In this document: positions 1-8,725 of the stretch, piece after piece
Layout: every line of letters starts with the position of its first letter
Numbering within the stretch: position 1 is the stretch's first letter
DNA from: a virus
Taxonomy: Duplodnaviria; Heunggongvirae; Uroviricota; Caudoviricetes
Length of the DNA: 64,000 nucleotides
IMG/VR virus record: IMGVR_UViG_3300021066_000001
Reading direction: 5' to 3' (one strand)
The notes under the pieces: model-generated
Seen by the model: the letters and a program-made list of their open reading frames with translations, nothing else
The model's database searches: none
Told to the model about the DNA's origin: nothing
Position numbers and translations under genes: made by a program

Positions 1-287
1 CCGTGATTGATCTCGACGACACCGTTGCCCGTCTTGCGGACGAGGCCGGCGGCGACGAACGCTTTGTAGTGCTTGGAGCGCCGATCCCTGAACTGGACAT
101 GCGCGTTTCCGCAGAGGTCGAGAAGCTCGCCGAGGACAGGGCCTTTGGGAGCGCCGGTGAGAATGTCGGCCTCACGCACTTGGAACTTGGGTCCGCGCGC
201 TTGGGCTTGAGCGAGCCAGAGTGCTCCAGCGGCGGTAGCCGCGGCGGTAGCTTCTTGGACGATCGCGACCGGATTGTAGCTGAGCAT
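1..287 (-). CDS. Hypothetical protein, 5' part only (runs off the window edge)
   Basis: Open frame MLSYNPVAIVQEATAAA... read manually on the minus strand, with phage-like codon usage and an upstream GGAGG and TATAAT. The plus-strand ORF 3..293 in the track is its shadow. Confidence 0.6.
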   Translation of the reverse strand, partial: MLSYNPVAIVQEATAAATAAGALWLAQAQARGPKFQVREADILTGAPKGPVLGELLDLCGNAHVQFRDRRSKHYKAFVAAGLVRKTGNGVVEINH

Positions 288-357
288 CTTTAACGCCTCC
301 GTAAAGTTGCTTGCAGTATGAGAATTATAACACAATTCTCACAAAATTTGCTAACTT

Positions 358-615
358 TTAAGAGAAAGAGGCTTCTTCGGTGACGCTCTCCCGATCCCTA
401 ATCGAGAGCTTTATCTGATCGGCTTCAGGATGCTCACGCCAGTTCTCGTAGAGAATTACCCGGGCTCGACGTGTGCCGATCAACCTGTGATCACCGTCAA
501 GAAACAGCCACTCAAGCGGTCCGAAGCCGTACTTCTTGGCGCAATAGCTCGCGTGGCCGTAGGTCTTGGCTGCGATGAGGATCTTTGAGGTGGGTTCTAG
601 AGAGCCACCACTCAC
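358..615 (-). CDS. Hypothetical protein
   Basis: 85-aa ORF translationally coupled to rplL (overlapping stop/start). Confidence 0.55.
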   Translation of the reverse strand: MSGGSLEPTSKILIAAKTYGHASYCAKKYGFGPLEWLFLDGDHRLIGTRRARVILYENWREHPEADQIKLSIRDRESVTEEASFS

Positions 616-1004
616 TTCATCTCCGCCTTTGCGCCGGCCTCGGTGAGCTTCGTGAGGGCGGCGGCCGCGACCACCTTGTCGACTCCCTCCTTGATCTGGA
701 TGGGAGCTTTCTCGACCAAGTTCTTTGAGTCAACGAGACCAAGATTCGTGAGCTCACGAACCGCCTTGATGACGTTGACCTTGTTCGGCCCGATCTCGAG
801 CAGCATGACGGTGAACTCGGTTTGCTCTGGCACGTCAGCGATGATCGGTTGCAAGATCGGCGCGTCGATGAACTTCGCCTCGCCTGAGATGCCGTGCTTC
901 TCCTCGAGCTCTCTCGTGAGCTGACACATCTCGAGAACGGTGAGGTTGGCGATCGCCTCGATCAGGTCTGGGCGGGAGGGGGCTTCGGTGACGGCGGCGG
1001 ACAT
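612..1004 (-). CDS. rplL: Ribosomal protein bL12 (L7/L12)
   Basis: N-terminal LIEAIANLTVLEMCQLTRELEEKHGIS and C-terminal QTEFTVML..IGPNKVNVIKAVRELTNLGLVDSKNLVEKAP..IKEGV...KLTEAGAKAE match the bL12 N- and C-domains. Confidence 0.92.
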   Translation of the reverse strand: MSAAVTEAPSRPDLIEAIANLTVLEMCQLTRELEEKHGISGEAKFIDAPILQPIIADVPEQTEFTVMLLEIGPNKVNVIKAVRELTNLGLVDSKNLVEKAPIQIKEGVDKVVAAAALTKLTEAGAKAEMK

Positions 1005-1402
1005 AGGAGACTTTCAAGGTTGAAGTAGAGACTCGTCGGCTCGGTGGTGTTCTTGACTCCAGAGCAAACAGGATGGTTGATCTTGGACCTGGTGATAAAC
1101 TCAGAGGTGACGTCCAGGATTGACGCGAACTCGGCGAACGGTGTTCCGCAATCCTTGCAGTAGAGGTGGGCCACTAGAACTTCACTCCGGTCACCAGCAC
1201 GTATACGATGAGAGCGAACGGAGCCCAAAACGCGAGCCACAAGATCACCTCGAACGTCTCCATCAGACTCCCATCCAGTCGATCAGGTGAGAAACTCGCG
1301 TTTGTCGTAAGCCATGTGAAAAGTGTACCCGGAAGTTCGTTACGCTTCGACCCCATGCTTAGAAGCAAGCGCTCTACTCTGAGCTACGGATACAGGGGAT
1401 CC

Positions 1403-1431
1403 ATTGTAACATGACGCTGCGACCAGGTAAA
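1403..1431 (-). promoter_or_regulatory. Early (sigma70/T4-early-like) promoter TTTACC-N17-TACAAT, overlapping a divergent TAAATA late promoter (1428-1433, +)
   Basis: Exact 17-nt spacer; the same motif recurs at many intergenic sites. Confidence 0.7.
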
Positions 1432-1438
1432 TAAAGCA

Positions 1439-1711
1439 ATGCGTCTCGACGAGATCTCAGTCCCCAAGCTCCTCTCAGAAATGGCACACACGAAGCGTCG
1501 TGAGGCCGCGATCTCCGCTGGGAATCTCCTAGCAGACGACTTCATCGCGTGGGCTAAGGATGTTTGGGAGCACAACCCGCTAGCTAAGAAGAAACACAAG
1601 GACTTCAAGGCCTTCGTCTCTTCGATCCACGACTGGCGAAGAGATTGGATTCAAGAGTTCGAGGGAGTCCTCGAGAAGACCTTTGACGTCGCCATCAGAA
1701 ACGTCAAGTAA
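1439..1711 (+). CDS. Small late protein with capsid-targeting-like N-terminus (MRLDEI)
   Basis: TAAATA 5 nt upstream of ATG; N-terminus resembles other late small proteins in the window. Confidence 0.6.
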   Translation: MRLDEISVPKLLSEMAHTKRREAAISAGNLLADDFIAWAKDVWEHNPLAKKKHKDFKAFVSSIHDWRRDWIQEFEGVLEKTFDVAIRNVK

Positions 1712-2090
1712 GCGTCCGTTGCCTAAGTTCTTCAGCCGTCATTCCGGCTCTCCCTGCCAGCCGCACTTCAGGCAGAACTCGTAGGAGCACTCGGGGGCGT
1801 ATCCGTCGCCGGCCCGGTGGGCGGTATCAAGCTCGCCGCCGCACTCGGGCACGGTGCAGCAACCGCAGGAACTTCCCCGAATGCCTGCCGCTCGATTTGG
1901 TCCAGAGTGGAGCGCTCCACTTCGAGTCCGGGGCGGGTTCCTGCGGCGCTACGTCACTGCCCGGGTAAGCATGAGCTAAGATAGCTTCTTGCAAGCATAT
2001 CTCTAGCATTGTCGAACCGTTAGGCGAGCCAACGACCCGATCCGCGGCAGCCGACGGATAGGTTGGTGATGTGGCAAGCCAAACTTAAGC

Positions 2091-2464
2091 GGTGGACCAG
2101 GCGGGAGTCGAACCCGCGTCCTGAAGTCTTCCGGCGCAAACTTCTACGAAGCGTATGAGGTTTCTTTGATCTCGGACCAGAGCGCTGTAGCCTCCAAATA
2201 GCTCTTCGATCCTAGCTCTAAATCTTCAGACGCTTAACGAGCCTTCAGCGTCCTATCCGGCATTGATGACGGAGATGATCAGACCCACCGGCGAGGGCCG
2301 AAGTCTCCGGGGACAGCCGGTTATTAAGCGGCGATGGCCCAGGTGGCGTCGTTAGACGCGCTTGCGTTGACGTTTAAGCGTCGTGGCAGGGATTAACGAC
2401 CGTGTCCACAAGGTCGGCTTCGCGATCTACGTCTTCTTACCCCAGTCGAAACCATGACTGGCCC
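2091..2464 (-). ncRNA. ssrA: tmRNA (one-piece); predicted tag (A)VNASASNDATWAIAA
   Basis: 5' GGGCCAGTCATGGTTTCGAC; 3' GAC-GCGGG-TTCGACT-CCCGC-CTGGTCC-ACC with G3-U70 and A73. Tag frame 2324-2371 follows UUAAAC and ends GCC GCT TAA TAA. TAAATA at 2473-2478. Confidence 0.92.
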
Positions 2465-2480
2465 CATGATGCTATTTACG

Positions 2481-2619
2481 GGAGACGGTGGTAGGACTCG
2501 AACCTACCTCGGTGGGTTGCGAGCGCGAGTTGCAGCGTAAACTACCTCTCGTGCCGCGGTCACCCTCACGGGCGCCAAGCCACCTTGCCTGCTGCGCGGT
2601 TTACGCCACCAGCACCGCC
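2481..2619 (-). ncRNA. tRNA-like RNA with expanded anticodon domain (Cys-type acceptor)
   Basis: Acceptor GGCGGTG/CACCGTC, U73, D-arm GGT-GGCGTAA-ACC, T-arm GTAGG-TTCGAGT-CCTAC, variable hairpin CTCG/CGAG; about 56 extra nt in the anticodon arm. Confidence 0.6.
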
Positions 2620-2923
2620 AAAATTTGTACTGCAAGCCGCCTGGCGTCGCCAGCGTCGTGTGGCCCATCCAGGCGTCGCGTTCTCGGGAGGTGTGCCCAG
2701 TACTCTACCGAGACGTCTAGCTCTTCCTACTCGCCGAGAGCCTCCTCACGCCAATTCTGCATTTCGGCGATCAGCGGAGATCAACTGCGATTACTGTCGG
2801 CGACCGCAACGGTTGATCAGAGCTCCCTGGAGGCTGTACCTCTTCCGCGTCGCGAGCTGACAACTCGTCGTCCGCCGCCCCTCGATGGGTGACATCTCTT
2901 GCAGATGATCAACCGATAGACGA

Positions 2924-2952
2924 ATTGTAACATGAGCGCTTGAGAAAGTAAA
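2924..2952 (-). promoter_or_regulatory. Early promoter TTTACT-N17-TACAAT driving the non-coding region upstream of tmRNA
   Basis: Consensus match with 17-nt spacer. Confidence 0.7.
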
Positions 2953-2958
2953 CCCTTC

Positions 2959-3408
2959 TCAGCGCTTCGAGAGCGCGTTGAAGAGCTTCTGCTCTTCGGC
3001 TGCCTTCGCTTGATTGCACGGTTGACACATCGGCTGGCAGTTGTCAAGCTCGTCTCGGCCACCGGTGCTTCGCTGGTGGATGTGATCGTGGGTGAAGAGC
3101 GTCTCGGTGCCGTCTGGGTTGGCTGCCCAGAGGTTGAGATGATAAGAACCATCTTGTCCGGGCGGTCTCTCGAGCGCAAAGTGGGTAGCCCTCTTTCCGC
3201 ACTCGACGCAGACCGTTCCCTTCAGAGCGAAGGTCAAGAGCCTGAGAGAGCCGATGCGCACCGAGACCCCGTCGATGTCTACCTTGGGTCCCTTGTCACG
3301 CCCGCGTCGCCGCTTGTGTGGCTCTCCCGTGCTCTCGTAGCTCTCACGAATCAAGCCAAGCGCTCGATTCAGATCGATCACCCTCAGCCGCTCATACCTC
3401 TGAGTCAC
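2959..3408 (-). CDS. HNH endonuclease
   Basis: CVECG...THDHIHQRSTGGRDELDNCQPMCQPCNQAK, an HNH/Zn motif. Confidence 0.85.
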   Translation of the reverse strand: MTQRYERLRVIDLNRALGLIRESYESTGEPHKRRRGRDKGPKVDIDGVSVRIGSLRLLTFALKGTVCVECGKRATHFALERPPGQDGSYHLNLWAANPDGTETLFTHDHIHQRSTGGRDELDNCQPMCQPCNQAKAAEEQKLFNALSKR

Positions 3409-4340
3409 CGTTGAACCTCCGGCACGTACCAGATCGTTCTCCCGCCCAGCTTTGCGGTCTGGACATTATAACCAAAGATGTCGATCTTGTAACCGTAGCA
3501 GAGCATCCGCTCGATGTACGAGAGCCCGCCTGCTCGCCGACCGAGGGAGCGAAGCTTGTCGATCAGGCCAGGGTGCCTCCCGAGCGTTATCGCGAGAAAC
3601 TCGGTCGTGTAGGTCATCGTACCCTCCTGGTGATACGAGACCTTGAGGACCGTCTCGACGGCCTTTACCAACAGGTCAAGCTCGTGGCTCGAGAGGTCAC
3701 TCACTAGCCTAAACGGAGAGATGCCTGCCGCGTAGAGCACCTCCGCGCGATAGATGTTGCCGATGCCCGCGATGAGTGACTGGTCTAAGAGCACTTCACC
3801 GATCGCCTTGTTAGGCTTCCTCTTGAGAGCCATGACCGCGCTGCCGTACGCGCAAGGCTCGTTGAAGAAGTCTACTCCTAACCCTTGCGCGACGCGCATC
3901 CCCTCGACGTCAGGCAAGACCTTGAGATTGCCGAAGTTTCTCGGGTCGGTGTAGAGAGCTAGAGAACCGTCCTCGGTCTCGAGCGCGAACCTGGCGTAGC
4001 TCTCGGCTCGCTTGACGACGTCACCGACCCTGAGCATCTTTCCCTGGTAGTACGCGACACCGTTGGTGTCGGTTGGAGAGAGCTGGCTCGCGGGCGGATA
4101 CCACCATCCTGACATCCCGAGGGTCGACAAGATCATCTTGTCGTTGAGCGTCTGGATGAAGATCACCTTCCCGATCGTGTAGACGTTGTTGATCTTGAGC
4201 GGGAGCTTGAGCTCGTTGAGCCCGAGGACCCCCAGCCGTTGAAGCTTTCCCGACAGCGCTGACGCCTTGACGACGACCTTGTCCTTGAGGATGCCGCGGA
4301 GAACGTCTCCGCAGCGCTTGACCTCGGGACCCTCAGGCAC
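3405..4340 (-). CDS. Fpg/Nei-family DNA glycosylase
   Basis: N-terminal PEGPEV, LGMSG, YTDPRNFG and the H2TH motif LLDQSLIAGIGNIYRAEVLY; no Cys zinc finger. Confidence 0.9.
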   Translation of the reverse strand: MPEGPEVKRCGDVLRGILKDKVVVKASALSGKLQRLGVLGLNELKLPLKINNVYTIGKVIFIQTLNDKMILSTLGMSGWWYPPASQLSPTDTNGVAYYQGKMLRVGDVVKRAESYARFALETEDGSLALYTDPRNFGNLKVLPDVEGMRVAQGLGVDFFNEPCAYGSAVMALKRKPNKAIGEVLLDQSLIAGIGNIYRAEVLYAAGISPFRLVSDLSSHELDLLVKAVETVLKVSYHQEGTMTYTTEFLAITLGRHPGLIDKLRSLGRRAGGLSYIERMLCYGYKIDIFGYNVQTAKLGGRTIWYVPEVQR

Positions 4341-4845
4341 GCGGCCTCCTCGGTTGCGGAAATGGCCAGCTTGGATCTAGAGGGAGACGACCTGACCGCT
4401 TCCTCAGCTCGTCAAGTCCGACGTACCTCATCGCCTCCTCGTGCTGCCGGGTGTTGTTACAGAGCGCGCAAGCCAGGACGAAGTCTTGCGCGGCCGAGTC
4501 CTTCTCCGGGTGATACTTGGAGAAGAGGTGGTCAACGGTCGCGATCAAGTTCGGGTCGCGGCCGCCGCGCTCGACCTTGCCGTGGTGAAACTTCTCGGAG
4601 GGCTTGAGCAGAAATGTTAGCTTGCCGCACCACTTGCATGTCCCCTCGACCTGTTGCCAGAGCTTGACGCGGAGCTGCGACTTGATGTTTGAGCCAGCGT
4701 ATTCGCGCAAGCAAGCGGCGATCGGGGGAAGCTCCTCAAGCTTCTTGATGATCGCCTTGTACTCCGACGAGTTCATCCACTCGCGGTACCTCTCGTCGCT
4801 TCGCCGGCGCTTCTCGGTGAGCGGCTCACGCTTGCGAAAGGTCAT
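4333..4845 (-). CDS. HNH endonuclease
   Basis: CKWCGK...ATVDHL...VLACALCNNTR. Confidence 0.8.
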   Translation of the reverse strand: MTFRKREPLTEKRRRSDERYREWMNSSEYKAIIKKLEELPPIAACLREYAGSNIKSQLRVKLWQQVEGTCKWCGKLTFLLKPSEKFHHGKVERGGRDPNLIATVDHLFSKYHPEKDSAAQDFVLACALCNNTRQHEEAMRYVGLDELRKRSGRLPLDPSWPFPQPRRPRA

Positions 4846-4852
4846 CGGTCTC

Positions 4853-5791
4853 CTAATCTCTTCGTGCGCCGACCGGCTCGTTCACCGCGGCGCGCCAAAA
4901 CTCGAGGGTCGTGTCGGTGATGACGTCGAGTCGCTCAGTTGCGATCTTCTCCAGGGTGTTAAGCAGCGCCAGCGCATGTACCGGAAGGCCGAGGAGCGTC
5001 AGAGAGCGCAGGATGCGCGTCAGTCGCAACAAGTTGTGGTTGCCTGGTCGCAACCAGTTCGAGGCACGTGCCTCGAAGCGGTAGTTCTCGACGTGGCCGG
5101 CATTGATGTTCGCGATCTGGTTCGGGATCAGCCACTTGTCAGTGACAAGCACCACCTCCGGGCGATCCTTGATCTCGCCCTTCCAAGGCTCGGACACTCT
5201 CCACTTGGGTCCGCCAAACGGGCGGATCACCTCTAGGCCGTAGAAGCGGAGGATGCGCTCAAGGGAGCGGATGAGTTTTCGGCGAAGCTCGCCGTTTTCA
5301 CGAAACACTCGACGGACATACGTCGTGACCAGGGGCGCGTCGGGGTTGAACTGACTGACCTCGTCGGTCGGAAACATCCACTGGATGTAGCAGTGCACCG
5401 TCTCGAGCCAGTCGAACTTGGCTCTCTGAACCGAGTTGATGTCGAACGTTCGAAACGGCGACGAAACGCTTCCCGGCGAATGCGACTCCGACTCACGATA
5501 CACGACCGGAAACTCCTCGCGATAGAAGTCGAGGACGTTGGCAGCGACGTGTTGGGAGCGCCAGATCCGCAGCGCTTCCTCGTAAGCCTGCGTAAGCTCG
5601 TGGCGCGGGCAAGAGCCTCCCAGATCCCACGCGCACTTCTGCCGAAGAATTGATCCGCAACCCTCAGAGCAGTTGGGGACGACTGGCTTGCCGCGCGGTC
5701 CAGCGACCTTGAACTCGTACTCCTCGCGCTTGATGATCTCGACGCGTACGATGTTACCAGACTTGTACGCCACCTTCGATGGTGCGGTCAT
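4853..5791 (-). CDS. Opioid-growth-factor-receptor (OGFr) conserved-region protein
   Basis: LETVHCYIQWMFP..E.SQFNPDAP and NHNLLRLTRILRSLTLLG motifs. Confidence 0.75.
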   Translation of the reverse strand: MTAPSKVAYKSGNIVRVEIIKREEYEFKVAGPRGKPVVPNCSEGCGSILRQKCAWDLGGSCPRHELTQAYEEALRIWRSQHVAANVLDFYREEFPVVYRESESHSPGSVSSPFRTFDINSVQRAKFDWLETVHCYIQWMFPTDEVSQFNPDAPLVTTYVRRVFRENGELRRKLIRSLERILRFYGLEVIRPFGGPKWRVSEPWKGEIKDRPEVVLVTDKWLIPNQIANINAGHVENYRFEARASNWLRPGNHNLLRLTRILRSLTLLGLPVHALALLNTLEKIATERLDVITDTTLEFWRAAVNEPVGARRD

Positions 5792-5839
5792 GTGCTTTCC
5801 TGAGCTAACCTAGGCTTTTGGGTTAATGGGTATCTACGG

Positions 5840-6418
5840 TCAATAAAAATCGCTGGGCTTGCCTCGTCTGGCTAACTTAGCCCTCGAGCGCTTGATCAAG
5901 ACCTCTGGGGTGATCGGGTCGCTCATCTGGTCGATCCTGATCCTCGCGCCGCGCGCTTGTCCGTTGACGTACTCCGCGACGACGACGTTCTCCTCGGCGG
6001 TGAAGATGCGCTGCGGTCGCTTCTCGCTCGGGTCGAAGAACTGGGTCGGACGTCCGAGCACTCGCTGGCGATGCTGCTCGGAGTGGCGCGCCTCCATCAC
6101 CTGTCGGCTCAGTCGCTTGAGCTCGCCCATCATGACGTTCGCCATCAGGTTGATCGCCAGCTTGTCGCACCTCGCTCTGATCATCTCGTCGTGGGCGCGC
6201 TTGACGTCACCCCGAAGGATCGTCACTAGAAACCCGATCGTGTGAGCCGTCAGCGTGCCGACGACGTTTGAGCGATAGAGCTCGGCGACGCGCTCCTGGA
6301 GCGTCGTGATCTGCTTGCCAACCTTACGCGCCAGGACCGGATCGTTGAGCTCGTTGAGCCTCGCCGCGAGATACATCGCCGCGGGCGTCTTGCCGTACGT
6401 GTGCCGGTCGTGGCTCAA
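5840..6418 (-). CDS. Hypothetical protein
   Basis: Open frame with a TTG start overlapping the upstream stop. Confidence 0.55.
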   Translation of the reverse strand: MSHDRHTYGKTPAAMYLAARLNELNDPVLARKVGKQITTLQERVAELYRSNVVGTLTAHTIGFLVTILRGDVKRAHDEMIRARCDKLAINLMANVMMGELKRLSRQVMEARHSEQHRQRVLGRPTQFFDPSEKRPQRIFTAEENVVVAEYVNGQARGARIRIDQMSDPITPEVLIKRSRAKLARRGKPSDFY

Positions 6419-6732
6419 GCCGCCTGGTCGTACTCTTGGGGGCCGCTCGGCATGACGATCATCGGCATGAGCAGGTTCATGAGTTGCTTGAACACCGAGA
6501 TCGCTTGCGCTTGGCTCCCCTTGAGGACGATGCGGAGCTCGCACGGTTCGCCCGTCTCCGCGTCGTCGATCGTCTCGATCTTGATCACGTAGCCCGCCCT
6601 CTCCGCCTCCTGGAGATACGTGGCGACGTGGTTGCCGACCGCGGCCTTGAAGTTGTCCTTGACGTAGAACCATAGTGACTGGCTGTGTTGAGCGAGCGTG
6701 TCACCCGCGAACTTGAAGTAGACCCTCTTCAT
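6415..6732 (-). CDS. Hypothetical protein (MKRVYFKF...)
   Basis: 3' part of track ORF 6415..7404; ATG overlaps the upstream stop. Confidence 0.55.
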   Translation of the reverse strand: MKRVYFKFAGDTLAQHSQSLWFYVKDNFKAAVGNHVATYLQEAERAGYVIKIETIDDAETGEPCELRIVLKGSQAQAISVFKQLMNLLMPMIVMPSGPQEYDQAA

Positions 6733-7739
6733 CAAAAGAGCAGATAGGGACGAACCAGATCCATGTGGTTCTGGGCCCAGTAGACACCGGCCCCGACCGC
6801 AACGGCGACGCACAGGCCGATTGCGGCGAACGCCGAGCGGCTCTGTACCGGCAGCTCGAACGGCTTCTCGAGCACCCAGAGCACGAACCAGGTCGCGGCC
6901 ATTCCGCGCAGCGGGCCGACGTCGTAGACCGTGCCGAGGTAGATGCCGAGGAGCGTCGCGACGAGCATGTAGAGGTTGCGGATGACGTAGGTGCCGTTCA
7001 ACCCGTCGGTGGTCCAACGCGACGCCATGATGAAGAGGCCGAGGTAGAGAACGAACGGTCCGATCCAGAGGAGGCCCGTCTCGAAGAGCTTCAAGACATC
7101 TGGACCGCCGTTGATGCGCAGCGCAGCACCGCAGATGGTGAGGACGGCCGCTGCTGCCGTACCCGAGAAGAGCTCCTCGTCGCCGTGAAACCCGATGCCC
7201 CAGCCGAAGCCGGGAAAGACGTGGAAGGCAAAGCCGAGAGCCGAGATCAGCGCGCCGACAGCGAAGAAGGCGACGACCGGATCCATGTACATCACCGCGG
7301 CCGCACTCCAGACGAGCGTGAGGGTGATGAAGTAGTTTCGCGGGTGACCCTTGATGTTGTGGATGAAGGAGGTGATCGGGATCATCGCCGCGATGCCTAG
7401 GCAACCGCCGAGCAGGGGCCAGAGACGGTTAGTCTCACCGACCTCGCCTGCAATGAGGATCGCTCCGATCGACGCGATCCAGCCTAGCGCCTCGTAAGCG
7501 GCGAGGGGGACCGCCATGAAGAGCTGGCGAAGCCACTTGACCCAGCTGAAGAGGAGGTAACCTGCGCAAGCGACTCCGCCGATGATCGCCGAGATCTTGA
7601 GGATCGAGAGAAAGTCGATGAAGCCAGCGACCTTCTGAAGCCCGGTGAGGGGCGGACAGTTGGGATCGCCAGCGGCGAGCGCGAAGACTGGCGCAAGCAA
7701 CGCCGCCATGAAGCAAAGGATGAATCCGATCAAGTGCAT
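6732..7739 (-). CDS. Multi-pass integral membrane protein
   Basis: About 10 hydrophobic segments in 335 aa. Confidence 0.75.
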   Translation of the reverse strand: MHLIGFILCFMAALLAPVFALAAGDPNCPPLTGLQKVAGFIDFLSILKISAIIGGVACAGYLLFSWVKWLRQLFMAVPLAAYEALGWIASIGAILIAGEVGETNRLWPLLGGCLGIAAMIPITSFIHNIKGHPRNYFITLTLVWSAAAVMYMDPVVAFFAVGALISALGFAFHVFPGFGWGIGFHGDEELFSGTAAAAVLTICGAALRINGGPDVLKLFETGLLWIGPFVLYLGLFIMASRWTTDGLNGTYVIRNLYMLVATLLGIYLGTVYDVGPLRGMAATWFVLWVLEKPFELPVQSRSAFAAIGLCVAVAVGAGVYWAQNHMDLVRPYLLF

Positions 7740-7749
7740 GAGAGCTCCT

Positions 7750-8067
7750 CTAGTGGGTTAGGCACTTGAGGTAGCCCTGCTTCAAGAACATCGCTCCAGC
7801 GAGAGCGACACCGTACACGGTGATCGGGCACTTGACTTCCTCAAGCTCGGACATTATATCATCCAAGCTGAGATCGGATCGTTTAAGTGAGTCGAGGCCG
7901 AGCAGATCGGCGATGATCTCCGCTCCGCCCTGCGAGTGTACCTGAGAGACGAGCTCTCGCAGAAACTCTCTCGCCTCGGTGCGCGTCGGGGTTCTGCGCG
8001 CTCTCGTGAGAGGCTTGGACTGGGAGTCGAGCACCTGAAAGATGACCTCGACGAGGTTAGTGTTCAT
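7750..8067 (-). CDS. Hypothetical protein
   Basis: ORF in a tightly coupled gene string. Confidence 0.5.
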   Translation of the reverse strand: MNTNLVEVIFQVLDSQSKPLTRARRTPTRTEAREFLRELVSQVHSQGGAEIIADLLGLDSLKRSDLSLDDIMSELEEVKCPITVYGVALAGAMFLKQGYLKCLTH

Positions 8068-8303
8068 AGCTGCGCGAGGTTTCGACGAGCTTGAATCTCT
8101 CGGCGAAGCTCTCTGATCTCAACCTCGCAGACGTTGATGTGGTTGGCCGACCAGGGAAGCTCGGATTGCGCCGCGTCGATCTCCCCCTCGAGGTCATTGA
8201 TGTGATCCTCGAGAATCTCGATCGTCAGCCTGTGCATCTTGCGATCTGCGCGGCGCTTCAGCCACGCGATGACCCAAGATCCGACCCCGAGAACGTACAT
8301 CAT
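8064..8303 (-). CDS. Hypothetical membrane/coiled-coil protein
   Basis: ORF with coupled start/stop overlaps. Confidence 0.5.
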   Translation of the reverse strand: MMYVLGVGSWVIAWLKRRADRKMHRLTIEILEDHINDLEGEIDAAQSELPWSANHINVCEVEIRELRREIQARRNLAQL

Positions 8304-8659
8304 CCTTCCCTCACGGCTCTCGCGAGCACGGCGTCTGTCGCGTCTTGGCTCAGCTTGACGAACGCCGCGTCGATGAACTCCTTGACGTCATCCGCGCTCT
8401 TGAAGACGAACCGCCCTCGGTGCGGAAGGTGATGATAGCGCGTCTGGAACTCGACCACGATGTGGTTGACGTTATAGACGGCGATGTACCCGTCCAGGTT
8501 GCGCGGGTACGAGAAGAGCGTCTGGTAAAAAGCCCCACCCCGACCTCTCGGCACCTTGGTGACGTCACCGCCGTAAGGATTGCAAAGCCGAGCCTCGGTC
8601 AGCTTGGCCGCGATGTCCTCGAGAAGCTCCCTGCGTCCTGACCTCGTCGTCGCTTCCAT
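8300..8659 (-). CDS. Hypothetical protein
   Basis: GGAGG RBS and an early promoter (TGTACT-N17-TAAAAT, about 8686-8714) upstream. Confidence 0.6.
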   Translation of the reverse strand: MEATTRSGRRELLEDIAAKLTEARLCNPYGGDVTKVPRGRGGAFYQTLFSYPRNLDGYIAVYNVNHIVVEFQTRYHHLPHRGRFVFKSADDVKEFIDAAFVKLSQDATDAVLARAVREG

Positions 8660-8725
8660 GTACGCGCCTCCGCGTAGAGATAGAGCATTTTAACTCATCT
8701 CTCGCGAAAAGTACACGGATTTAAC

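Noticed and set aside
1745-2009. Cys-rich small protein (…CGCCTVPECGG…CLKCGW) downstream of tmRNA
   Set aside because: The Cys-rich frame has no in-frame start and plausible coding segments fall in different frames; cannot distinguish a pseudogene, an indel or chance.
2620-2917. RNase P RNA
   Set aside because: The GAGGAAAGUCC and ACAGAANCCGGCUUA signatures are not present; only weak partial resemblance.
2959-3408. RNA-guided HNH nuclease (IscB/HEARO-like) using the downstream structured RNA
   Set aside because: The protein is 149 aa with no RuvC or bridge-helix segments, and the structured region has its own promoter and belongs with the tmRNA unit.
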